Shown piece after piece: positions 52,960 to 64,000 of a DNA stretch of 64,000 bases. The DNA is from the human T2T-CHM13v2.0 reference genome, Homo sapiens: the NCBI RefSeq assembly GCF_009914755.1, contig NC_060938.1. One strand, given 5' to 3'. Within the stretch, counting starts at the first letter, position 1. Every line of letters begins with the position of its first letter. Position numbers and translations under genes: made by a program. The notes under the pieces are model-generated. The model ran no database searches. It was given only the letters and a program-made list of their open reading frames with translations, and was not told the DNA's origin.

Positions 52960-53860
52960 AAACCCTTATAAAGAAGAGGAAATTGGAGTTTAACTGCACT
53001 AAACATTAAAGTATAATATGTAGTCTCTTTAGTTAAAACAGAATAATATTGGTGTCTGAATAAGCAAACATAACAAAAAGGAAAACTAGAACAAATATTA
53101 TAGGATGTTTTATATATAATAAAGGCATGATCTAAATTCAGTGAGAAAATATAAATACTTAATAGTTGGTGTTGTGATAACTAGATAGCCTCTTGGAAAA
53201 TAATAGAACAGGGTTGATTCCTCACAACAACAGAAATACCAAATATCAAATATTTAAGCCAAAAAATAAAATCATAAGAACAATAATATAAAAATACAGC
53301 TGAATCCTTTTAAATCCTGGGAGTTAGGAAAACTTAAATAAGTTGAAAATCCAGAAACAATAAGGAAAACAAAGAACAAATTGATTATTTAAAAAACACT
53401 TTTCCAAAATAGACCAAGGTTTAAACATAGGAGCTAAAACTATCAGACTCTTAGAAGAAAACATAGTGGGGAAATTTCATGACATAGAGTTTGGCAATGA
53501 TTTCTTGAATATAACCTCAGCAGCACAGACAAGAAAAGGGAAATGGAATGGACTCCATCAAAATTAAATATTTACTGTCAAAGGACAAATCAAGACAACT
53601 TATGTAATGGGAGAAAATATTTGTAAAGTATGTTTAATATGGGGTTTATATCCAGTATACATAAAGAACTCCTACAATTCAACAACAAACAATTAAAAAC
53701 TTTAAATATGGGAAAATACTTGAATGCACATTTCTCCAAAGATATACAAATTGCTAAGGAGCACATGAAAAGATGTTCAACACCACTAATCATTATAGAA
53801 ATGAAAATGAAAACCATAATAAGCCATTTAAACCCATTAAGATGATCATTATTAAACATA
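52960..53860 (+). mobile_element. L1M ORF2 C-terminal fragments
   Basis: 'cttagaagaaaacatagtgggga..tttggcaatgatttcttg', 'ataaagaactcctacaattcaacaaca', 'gcacatgaaaagatgttcaacacc'. Confidence 0.85.
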
Positions 53861-55236
53861 CACACACACAACACACTCATATAAAGTGAGTTAGAAATAG
53901 ACAATAAAATAATGGAAAGCACATTAGAGGAAGGCAGAAGGAAAAAAAGATGCCAACCTTTTATCTTGTTTTATTTTTGAGTAGAAGGAGATAAAACATT
54001 ACTTGATCATGTTTTACAAAGAAATGGAAGAGAACTTTAAGATCCCGAGGAAGAGAGAAGAATAAAAGATAAATCTACTTTCAAAGGAAGTGAGTCAAAT
54101 GAGATGAATGCTGGCAGGTTAAATTTATCCTGAACAGTGAGAAGTATATTTTTTCCTCACAAGCAGGAGGGAAAGAGGTGAAATGGTACACACATGGATA
54201 AGATGGAATAAATGAGGAGATTAGGAAAATTTAATGTTGATGCACATTATGAAAATAACTGACTCTAAACTAAAATATTGCATTAATGGTTCACAATTCT
54301 GATTCTATATTTTGAATTCTTTGTTTTTTATTTTCTTTAATTCGGCTCTTTCCCTGTGTTGGTTCTCAAGAGATGTAGTTTCTAAATGATTATAAGCAAA
54401 ATTTGGAACTCTTGCCTTCTTTGTGTATGTTTAAGCTATGAATCAGTTGAGTTGACAAAAGTAGGATGTCTAACTATCCCCAGGAGATTTTGATAAATAA
54501 GAGCATGATTATTAGTTTACCATATCCAAATGTGCTAGATTTCAGATTCTCATTCTGAAAAAAGACATAAATTAATTTACCTTGTAGATGTGAGGTTTTT
54601 ATGTATGTATCCAAGAAGAATTAGTGATCTTCATTCCTATCTCAGCAAATAATCATATCCTTGTGGAAACTTTCCATGAACATATTGTTTTCTTAATCAT
54701 ATTTCTATGCTAAATGCTGTTGTTGAAATCTTACCGATATAATTTGCTGTGTATTTTTGTGCCTCGCTGATCAATGATACATCATTGCAGTAAGGATCTT
54801 GGGCGATGTAACAAGGCGCCGTGTTTGAATCTTGGTTCAACTGAAAGGAATTAGCTTGCCTTAGGTAGATAGCAAGGGAAGGGTCCCAGAACAGCCCCTG
54901 GCCCATGGGTCAATGCCTCATCCCCACATAACATAAAAAGCAGCCTGGGAAGAAATTCAGACTGCAGGCACCAATAAGGGAATTAGCACAGGGTGTTGTG
55001 CCTAGAGACATACCCACAGCTGCACAGACAATTACAAAACAAAACGAAACAAAACAAATAAAGAAACAAAAAACTCTCTAGCCCATTTGGATAAAAACTT
55101 GCACAAAACTTCCAGCTCATTCACATAAGGGAATAAGGCCTGGCATAGAAATGTCTTTGTCCTTTTTATAGTCAGCAGGTTCCCAAGAAAAGTTTCTTCT
55201 TTTTTTGTGGGTATGGGCATAGTGGACCCAGGTAGG

Positions 55237-55989
55237 TGGCCATCAGAGAAATGCAAATCAAAACCACAATGAGATACCATCTCACAGCAGTTAGAATGGC
55301 GATCATTAAAAAGTCAGGAAACAACAGGTGCTAGAGAGGATATGGAGAAAAAGGAACAATTTTACACTGTTGGTGGGACTGTAAACTAGTTCAACCATTG
55401 TGGAAGTCAGTGTGGCAATTCCTCAAGGATCTAGAACTAGAAATACCATTTGACCCAGCCATCCCATTACTGAGTATATACCCAAAGGATTATAAATCAT
55501 GCTGCTATAAAGACACAGGCACACGTATGTTTATTGTGGCACTATTCACAATAGCAAAGACTTGGAACTAACCCAAATGTCCATCAGTGATAGACTGGAT
55601 TAAGAAAATGTGGCACATAGACAGCATGGAATACTATGCAGCCATTAAAAAGGATGAATTCATGTCCTTTTTAGGGACATGGATGAAGCTGGAAACCATC
55701 ATTCTCAGCAAACTATCACAAAGACAAAAAACCAAACACCACATGTTCTCACTCATAGGTGGGAATTGAACAATGAGAACACTTTGATACAGGGTGGGGA
55801 ACATCATACACCAGGGCCTGTCATGGGGTGGGGGAAGGGGGGAGGGATAGCATTAGGAGGTATACCTAATGTAAATGACGAGTTAATGGGTGCAGCACAC
55901 CAACATGGCACATGTATACATATGTAACAAACCTGCACATTGTGCACATGTACCCTAGAACTTAGAGTATAAAAAAACAAAAAACAAAC
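55237..55989 (+). mobile_element. 5'-truncated L1PA (PA4/5-like), end of ORF2 plus 3' UTR and A-tail
   Basis: ORF 55587-55769 'DWIKKMWHI..MEYYAAIKKDEFMSF.GTWMKLETIILSKLSQ..K.HMFSLIGGN' is the ORF2p C-terminus; canonical 3' UTR. Confidence 0.97.
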
Positions 55990-56502
55990 AAACAAAAAAT
56001 CCTCTAGCCCAGTTGGATAAAAACTTGCACAAAACCTCCAGCTCACTCAGATAGGGGAATAAGGCCTGGCACAGAAATGTCTTTGTCCTTTTTATAGTCA
56101 GCAGGTTCCCAGGAAAAGTTTCTTCTTTTTTTGTGGGTATGGGCAGAGTGGGCCTGGGTGGGTTCTGGTGGGCACTATCCTTTATTAGAACTATACCTCC
56201 AGCTTCTATGAATCATCCTTTCAGCCCCTGATCGGTCCCAGGCCAAACTTCTGGGCCAGGCTTTCGCTTCAGCTTCTGATAGGTGTTAGGCCAAGCTAAA
56301 CAGCATCTGTGAATCATTATTTCAGCTCCTGATTGGTCCTGGGCCAAGGTCCCCGTCCAAGCTAAGTCAGGCGTTGGCCAAGACAGCCCGCAGACTAAAC
56401 ACATTCTTTCCCCTTTCCAGTCCATAAAAACCCAGAACAGGCCCCACAGTGGGTACGCCCAATCAGGACTCTCTCTTCTGCTGGCAGAGAGCTTTCTTTT
56501 TC

Positions 56503-56822
56503 TTCTTCGTCTTTTTTTTTTTTTTTTTTGGAGAAACAGTCTCGCTTGTCGCCCAGGCTGGAATGCAGTGGCCCATCTTGGCTCACTGCAACCTCCGCCT
56601 CGCAGTTTAAAGCGATTCTCTTGCCTCAGCCTCCCGAGTAGCTGGGATTACAGGCGCCTGCCACCACGCCCAGCTATTTATTTATTTATTTATTTATTTA
56701 TTAAGGAGAGATGGGGTTTCACCATGTTGGCCAGGATGGTCTCAATCTCTTGACCTCGTGATCTGCATGCCTCGGCCTCCCAAAGTGCCCTGGGATTACA
56801 GGTGTGAACCACCACGCCCGGC
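56503..56822 (-). mobile_element. AluSc-like element with the central linker expanded to (TATT)n
   Basis: 'ggccaggatggtctcaatctcttgacctcgtgatc'; TSD approximately gctttctt(t/c)tt; (TATT)n near 56675-56702. Confidence 0.93.
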
Positions 56823-57244
56823 GGCGCTTTCTTCTTTAGCTTATTAAACTTTCGTTCCAACTTCACCTTTGTGTCCGTGCTCCTTAATTTTCTTGGAGGT
56901 AGGACAAAGAAGTCCGAGTGTTATCTCAGACAATGAAAAACTTACACTACTACTTACTAGACCATGTTACTGTGGTTCAGTTAAACTTCTATGCTTCAAG
57001 TGCCTATTTTATAAAGATCATAATAATATCTACCATTGGGGATATGGTGAGAATATTTAGGACATTTTCTAAAACATAGTTAATAATATCATTTTCCATA
57101 CTGTATATACTTCATTAGGACAGAGTTCAAGCCAGTTTTTGCTTACTATTATGGGTACAGGTATAGTAGAAAAGCTGAACTGCATTTTACTTCAATTATA
57201 TGTGTTAAGAGAATTAACCCATGAATGATAAATGTATGTATTAT

Positions 57245-57470
57245 AGCCAATAGCTATCATTTATGGTTATATGTGTCAGGCACTATACAATGCATTTTAT
57301 ATACTTGATTAAAACTCATGAGTCAGAGGAAAACTATCACCATTTTCAGATTAGGAAATTGAAGCTCACAGACTAAACGATTTGTTTGAGTGTCCCTCAA
57401 CTATAAAGAAACAGAGGTGCAAGTCAAAGGCAGGTTTATTTGACTTTACAGTGTTTTCTCATTTCATAAT
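57245..57470 (-). mobile_element. MIR
   Basis: 'atgtgtcaggcactatac..ccattttcagattaggaaattgaagctcacaga'. Confidence 0.75.
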
Positions 57471-58025
57471 ATTGTGTTCCTCCTCAATCTATCCAAGACG
57501 GGTCCCATTAAATAAAAGTAACATCACAGCTAACCATTCCCGTTGAGACTGTGACTTATGGAACATTATTTTAATTCTTTCTTGAAATACTGATCATCTC
57601 TAAAATTCTGTAGTCCACAGACCATTCTGAAAAAAAAGTAAGAGCCATGAATCTCTAAACTTAAAATATTCAAGTTAAATTAAACCCTTACTTTTAATGA
57701 ACAAATCTTTATTAATGTATTGATGATTCACTAAAAATAAAATATGTTTGAACTGCTCTTTGAGAGATGAATAATAATTTTTATTTTTGGTATGCAAAAT
57801 GTTATATTTTTCTCCTTGCATTAATACACCAATATGTAGAGTTAGATATTCTCATAATACTCTCCCATAGCACGTAAGTATTCAGAAGAATACTCTAAAT
57901 GGGTTTCAGCAGTTTCCTTTTGTAAGGTGTTTAACTCACTTTACATGCAATTATATAGCGTCTGTAACTTTTTCGTCAAAATATAGGTATAATTAGTAAA
58001 AAATCATTTTAAAATATGTATTTGG

Positions 58026-58372
58026 GGCCGGGTGTGGTGGCTCATGCCTGTAATTCCAGCACTTTGGAAGGCCAAGGTGGGCAGATCTCACCTCCTTGGG
58101 CAGACCTCAGACTCCTGAGGTCAGGAGTCTGAGACCAGCCTGGCCAACATGGTGAAACCCTGTCACTACTAAAAATTAAAAAAATTAGCCAGGTATTGTG
58201 GCGCATGCCTGTAATCCCACCTACCTGAAAGGCTGAGGCAGGAAAATCGCTTGAACCCGGAGGCGGAGGTTGCAGTGAGCTGAGATCGCACCACTGCACT
58301 TCAGCCTAGGCAACAGAGCGAGGCTCTGTCTCAAAAAAAAAAGTAATAGTAAAAATAAATAAATAAATAAAA
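58026..58372 (+). mobile_element. AluS (Sx/Sz-like) with an internal duplication in the left arm
   Basis: Full dimer plus A-tail/(TAAA)n; degenerate TSD aaaatat(g)tattt. Confidence 0.93.
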
Positions 58373-59289
58373 TATTATTTGATAATATTTTTATTTCTAT
58401 GTTATTTTAACATAACATTTTAATTTTTTCTTTGTAGTCATCTCTAGAATAAAATTAATAATTTATATTTTCTCAAAAACTGATTTCATTGGTAAGTTTT
58501 TATTTCTCTACAGCTGTGTATTATATATTTTATATATTACTCTAAATGGTCTTCAGTAAACCATTGTAACATATTTTTTATTTTATATTTTCATTAAACC
58601 AATTCTTGAATACATTTATCATATTAAACAGTTGTAATGTTTTCTTCTACAGTCATTCTGTTTTATTATTATTCTTCCCAACATCTTGTGCTTCTTGTGA
58701 TTGATTTTGATATTTTGTCAATATATTTGGCTTGAATAAATTGTAAGTATATTCAATGTTTGTTGGTTTGCAGGTAAATATTTCAATACTATGAATTAAG
58801 CTTAGTTATGTGTTGGTGACTTCTCATGTATTTGAGATGTATTATCTTTTATACTGCTTTAGAAATAATCTGAATATAATTTTAGGTTTCCTCTTTAGCA
58901 TGACTACTCAAGAGACTTTTCTTAATTTTTCTTATATGAGCATAATTTTCAAATAAAGTTACTCAAACCTATGGTATAAATAAGCCAAAATTAAAATGAT
59001 CCTTTCTTGACCCTACGCTTAGTCTCATTCATCAGATGTAACAAACAGGAAATTTAAAATTTTTAAATTTTCCTGTTTTCTCATTATTTTGACTTCTGAT
59101 GTTAATCACATTAAAATATACAATTGTTCAATTTCTTGATTGTGATCTTTACTTTTGTTAACTTCTTACTAATGGGAATTAAGGAATTTATTCTATCACA
59201 TTTAAAATACCTTCCTGCTGACTATTGTCTCCAAATTTTTTTTTCAAACTAGATTTCTAGTAAATCAATTCTCTATTTTCAGTTTGTTC

Positions 59290-60270
59290 ATTGGACACTC
59301 TTTGGTAACTACAAGGAGCAAAAGTAAAATGAACGGCACACACCATTACAGTTGCTTGTAAACCAAGACATTTCTCAAAATCTATTAGGTGAATAACCTG
59401 TACAGTATCCAGGTTTCAACTAGAGTGCAGTCCTTATGCACAGTTTGTTTTGCCGTTAGATTTTAAGACTCCACTCACTGCCAACATTGACATTTTAGCC
59501 AACACAGTTCAGTGAGGTTCTTTTATACATCTATAATACAATTAGATTGATTTGTCATATTTTACATTCCATCTTTGAGTTCCCTCAACCTCCTAAATTA
59601 TTTTTTTTTCAATTTGCGTGCATTAAAGTTTTAGCTTTAAATGTCAACTGGCATTGACACATGCATTTTTTTATGTATCGGCAAGTACACTATCACACAG
59701 AACAATTTCATCACTCTAAAAAAATTCTGTGTGCTTCCCCTATTCGACCCCTTTGATGCTGCCTAAATTCCTAGTATTCACGAATCATTTTATTGACTCT
59801 ACTGTTCAATCTTTTCCATAAAGTCATAAAATTGGTATAGTAAGATATATAGTATTTTTTGACTGGGTTCTTTCACTTAATAATATGTATTTAAGGTTGA
59901 TTTATGTGTTTTTATGAATTGATAGTTCAACTCATTTATTTACATGGTAAAATAATATTTTATTGTATAATGAATCACAATTTATAAAACCACTGGCCTA
60001 CTGATGGACAGTTTTGTTGCTTCTAGCTTCTGACAATTACAAATAAAACTTCGAATCCATGATTTTGTGTGGACATCAGTTTTAAAGTCAGTTGGATAAT
60101 AGAGAGAAATGTCATTGATGGGTTATATATTAAAAGTGTGTTATGTTTTTAAGAAACTGCCAAACTGTCTTCTAAAGTGGCTGTATAACTTGCATTTCCA
60201 ATTAGCAATGAGTGAGAGTCCCTGTTGATTTATATCTTTGCCAGCAATTGATATTATCAATTTTTTTAGA
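59290..60270 (-). mobile_element. Old L1 (L1MC/MD-type) 3' fragment
   Basis: Antisense 'gactgggttctttcacttaataatatg', 'aagaaactgccaaactgtcttc.aaagtggctgta..ttgcatttcc'. Confidence 0.8.
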
Positions 60271-60559
60271 AGCCAATCATCCAAACTGTTATAATTGCAG
60301 GATGATCATTGATTACTTGAAAGCCACTGCTTACTAATGCTTATAAAAGGTTTTTTGTTGTTGTTGTTTTCCTTTAAGTTTATATCTTCTTCTGAACCAT
60401 CTTGGAAATAATCAATTTTTCTTCTGGAGATTGTGGCAGCATATTTGGTGTTCTTTTACCAACTATTTTCTTGACTGTCTTCAAATTTTCTGGTTTACTG
60501 CTTCTTTATTTCCTTATTTTAAAAACACTGTTATTATTTTGTTCTTTAAAAATTTCTGC

Positions 60560-61330
60560 TATCTAAATTTGAACTTCTAGAGAAGGCAAAAGAAGATGCT
60601 TCTGCTCTGTATATGTCCGAGAACCAAATGTAACCCTGATATGAAAACCAGACGAAGAAACTATACATAAAGAAAATTAAAGACAAGTATTACTAAAAAA
60701 AGATATGAAAATTCTAAATAAAATATAAATAGATTAATTGAGCAGTTAAAAACAATTTTCTTGCAATGTTTACATTGATTTTTAAGTGAAACAATATAAA
60801 AGACAATTCAACACAGTGAAATAGAAAAATTTAATCAATACTGATAGTGAATTTTAAAAGTTTTAAGACACTCACACTGAAGTTTTTCTTTTATGACATA
60901 CCAAGCAGAAGAAGGAGATTTCCCTAAACAAATAATGATATCTATCAAATACCTAAACAAACATCATACTTGATGATAAATCTTTGAAAATAGGCTCTCT
61001 ATAAATCAGATTAAGTAATTGCTTGATGAGTGGCCACCACTATTCATTATTATCTTGAACTTTCTTATCCAGAAAACATTAACTGAATTAAAGTTTTAAA
61101 CAGCAGGGAAGATTAAAAAAATCTTATTTGTGGATGCTATATGGTTACTTTGGCAAATGAGTTAATTAATATCAATATTCTAAATTTATAACTTGTAGAT
61201 AAATTAATGGTCAGATGTTTATAATTCATGAATACAGCCAGTGTGCTAAGTGTAACAATAACATAAAATAATGTATAAAAAAAGAAAATAACTATAAATT
61301 TTAATATAGAATTAATATTCAGTTAATAAA
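60560..61330 (+). mobile_element. Highly decayed L1M ORF2 fragment
   Basis: 'taaccctgatatgaaaaccagac', 'aaacatcatacttgatgataaa', 'ccaccactattcattat'. Confidence 0.6.
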
Positions 61331-62779
61331 AAATAATAAACATCTACATAGTTTTAAAGTAATACTGTTAATAACTCTTGAGTCCAAAAGGAATCTGAGT
61401 GAAAATGTCCAAGACTAGAGATATATTAATTACTTATCGCTACATCTATATCTGTATTAATTTCTTTATTTCTACCTATATGCTCAGAGTCTTTGTTAAA
61501 AATCATCTAGGTAAGGTATGCAGAAATGGCAGAGAGGAGGGTTAAGGGGAGCACTTAGACACTGTGAAGCTTAACTCTATCCCTCAAAAGAGACTGAGAA
61601 AAAAGAGAGAGTGATGACACATGAAGAAAATCAGGAGCATGTTGTATACTATATGAAAAATATTTCAAGAATTTTGTGGTTAACTGACAAACTATAATGT
61701 GAATTTGAGTAAATCAAAGGCAGATAATTGACTACTGGATCTGACAAGATGTTTTAGTTAACATTAAAAAGAACCGTTTCTATATGGTGGTGGGTTGGGT
61801 ACTTCTATAAATTATCTATATGACAGTATCTTATTTTCCATATCTGGCTGCCCTGGAGACTGGAGGCTGGACCTAGTCTGTTCTGACATTGTATTAGAGA
61901 TAGAAACAATATGTGGTCAGAAAGATTTTGACCATGTTATTAGCCTACACATGATTTTCTTTCTCTAATATATATTGTATTCTTATTCCAACATTATGTT
62001 GTTTGAATTAAAGACAGCACCATGTTTCATCAAATCTAAGATTCTGCCAATCAATCAAAGGATGCTTCATTATTCTATGTACTACTAGGAATGAAAAAGA
62101 AAGAAAAGCAAACAATCCAAACCTTAGTCAGTGAAATTATGGCAATACCATCACTTGTAAGATATATACCAATAACAGAGTTGTTAAGATGTAGGGGAAA
62201 ATTGAATCTTTCAACTGATAACATACTGTAAATCTCCTCTTTAATAATCTGAGATTTTAGTTTTATACTAAACAAGCTCACAAAAAAATCAGAAAAATAA
62301 ATAGTTCCAGTCCAGTAATTATGCCTTAGCAGTTAGGCAGTAATAGAAGACTAATTCCTAATATCGAATATTAATTAATATCCATTAAAGAGATAAAGAC
62401 TATTTGGTTTCAAAACATATGCATATTTGAATCTTTAACTGCATTTATCTTGCTTTAGCTTATGATTTATGCACAGTATATATTTTAAAAATTAATCCAT
62501 ATTTGTATTATGTAATTGGTATTATATAATTAATATTTGTATTATATAATCATCGCAAACATTGGTGAATTTAAAACAAAGATGGGCTTATTTGAAATTT
62601 TTATTTCTAGGTCACTGAGAGATAATTTGAGAAAAGCCTAAGAGAAATATTTAAAACTTGGCAGTTCTAAGAATAAGGTTGGTAGCAAAAAATTGACAGA
62701 ATTAACAGGATGCTTATGCATGATAAAAAGCATTTTCTCTTATCTTCAGAACAAGTCAGTAACGTTTTAAAGTGATGGC

Positions 62780-62906
62780 CAATTTCTCTGTCTCTTTCTC
62801 TGTCTCTCTCTTTCTCTCTCTTCCTTCATATAATGGTAACGAGATCAATTTCTCTGTCTCTTTCTCTCTCTCTCTCTCTCTTCCTTCATATAATCATAAT
62901 GAGATC
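62780..62906 (+). repeat. Two-copy tandem duplication (about 60-66 bp) containing (CT)n
   Basis: 'aatttctctgtctctttc(tc)n ttccttcatataat..taa.gagatc' occurs twice. Confidence 0.92.
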
Positions 62907-64000
62907 TATCTGAATGGCATTAAAAATTCAATTTAAAAAGAATGCTGATTTGAGTTGGTCTCACATAGTCTTGGGTCTGTAATATGAATGGGAGTTCCGT
63001 TAGAAGTAATGAAGTCTGAGATTTTAGGCAAAAAATACATTTTATTATGTCTTTCAAGAATATTTTAAATGCTAACATTAACTTTATTCATTCCTTTGAT
63101 ACTCGATTTAGTTTTCCCTTAGGTTCTCAGTAACTTTGTTACCAGGGTCTCTGGATTTCTAGTTATTACTTTATTAGTTTTTAATAGAATGAACTTTGCC
63201 ACTGGCAATGTTAATTTAATATAAAATTTTAAGAAAATAATATGTTAGGAAATCTGCATATTAAAGCATGGGAAGTATTTCAACTTCAGTGTAGTGTTTT
63301 TCCAGATATTTTAAAGAAGTAACAAAATATAATACTTAAATGGATTTATACTCTGAGGTATTAGATAATTTTAAATTAGATAAATTTTGTTAAATTTTAA
63401 TTATTAAATATCTCATAAAAATAAGTACAAAATGTATTGAAAGGATGGTTTATTTAACAGAGAGAATTGTCCTCTTAGATTACGTATTTAAAATGCTGTG
63501 TTTTTGCTTATGGTTAGATAATCAGAAAGCTTACTTCACTTACTTAGGACCTATAGATTAGTCCAGAAGAAATCTGGACTATTCATCTATCTATGTGGAA
63601 ATGTTTTAATGTCCTTAAAAGAACATATACTAATCATATCCTTTCATCTAGTTAGACTTTTGAGTAGAAAGAAGTACAACAATGATAACTACATAGGATT
63701 AAGGAACAGGAAATATATTCATGATTTACAGTTTATCAGTAGAATAAGTAAATAAACAAATATGAACCTATTTGGAAAGAGAAATAATTACCCAGTAAAC
63801 ATTTTTAAAGAAAAATTTGGCTTGAAAGTAAATTTTATCTTACAGCAAAAAGAAAAAGATTCTGATAAAGAAAAGGAGAAAAACTAATCATGAATGGTAT
63901 TTCAAGAGAAGGAAATAAGATAGGACTGGGCAATAGTAGAGATGGCCTCAAAGAGTCCTGCTTTAAAGTTCAGAAGGGTAGAATATGAGTAGAAGTGAAG

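Larger units (their letters stand above)
54842..56946 (+). mobile_element. ERV1-class solo LTR (subfamily uncertain) containing L1PA and AluSc insertions
   Basis: Starts 'tgaaaggaattagc', ends 'cagacaatgaaaaacttaca'; flanks caac/ctac; 'ccataaaaaccc' TATA-like box and 'attaaacttt' poly-A region typical of ERV1 LTRs. Confidence 0.75.

Noticed and set aside
49715-53860. Potentially active full-length L1
   Set aside because: Heavily diverged with many stops and frameshifts, and the RT region is missing.

Overview
AT-rich primate non-coding genomic DNA. The AluY, L1PA and THE1 content points to a simian, probably human or ape, source. I see no credible protein-coding gene, RNA gene or CRISPR array. 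The ORF track consists of short chance ORFs, Alu, L1 and LTR translations, and microsatellite frames; the only real protein homology is decayed L1 ORF1/ORF2. The window is a mosaic of SINEs (eight near-full Alus plus fragments, MIRs), LINEs (old L1M, L1PA 3' pieces, L2), solo LTRs (THE1 x2, MLT1, MLT2, MST, LTR40-like x2, MER66-like, LTR47-like, one large ERV1 LTR) and DNA-transposon relics (MER63 x3, MER2, MER1A, MER58A, MER5A). The most notable structures are: (1) an L1PA insertion flanked by an apparent 174-bp target-site duplication inside an ERV1 LTR; (2) a 44-bp x ~11 minisatellite that arose inside an ancient MLT1 LTR; (3) an AluY with no TSD and apparent loss of host L1 sequence; (4) two independent THE1 solo LTRs 71 bp apart; (5) an unexplained ~80-bp dispersed direct repeat; and (6) a few unique segments with enhancer- or exon-like signals. 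I found no evidence for a novel multi-gene system. Repeat subfamily names come from recalled consensus sequences and need RepeatMasker/Dfam confirmation. Boundaries of old elements are approximate.
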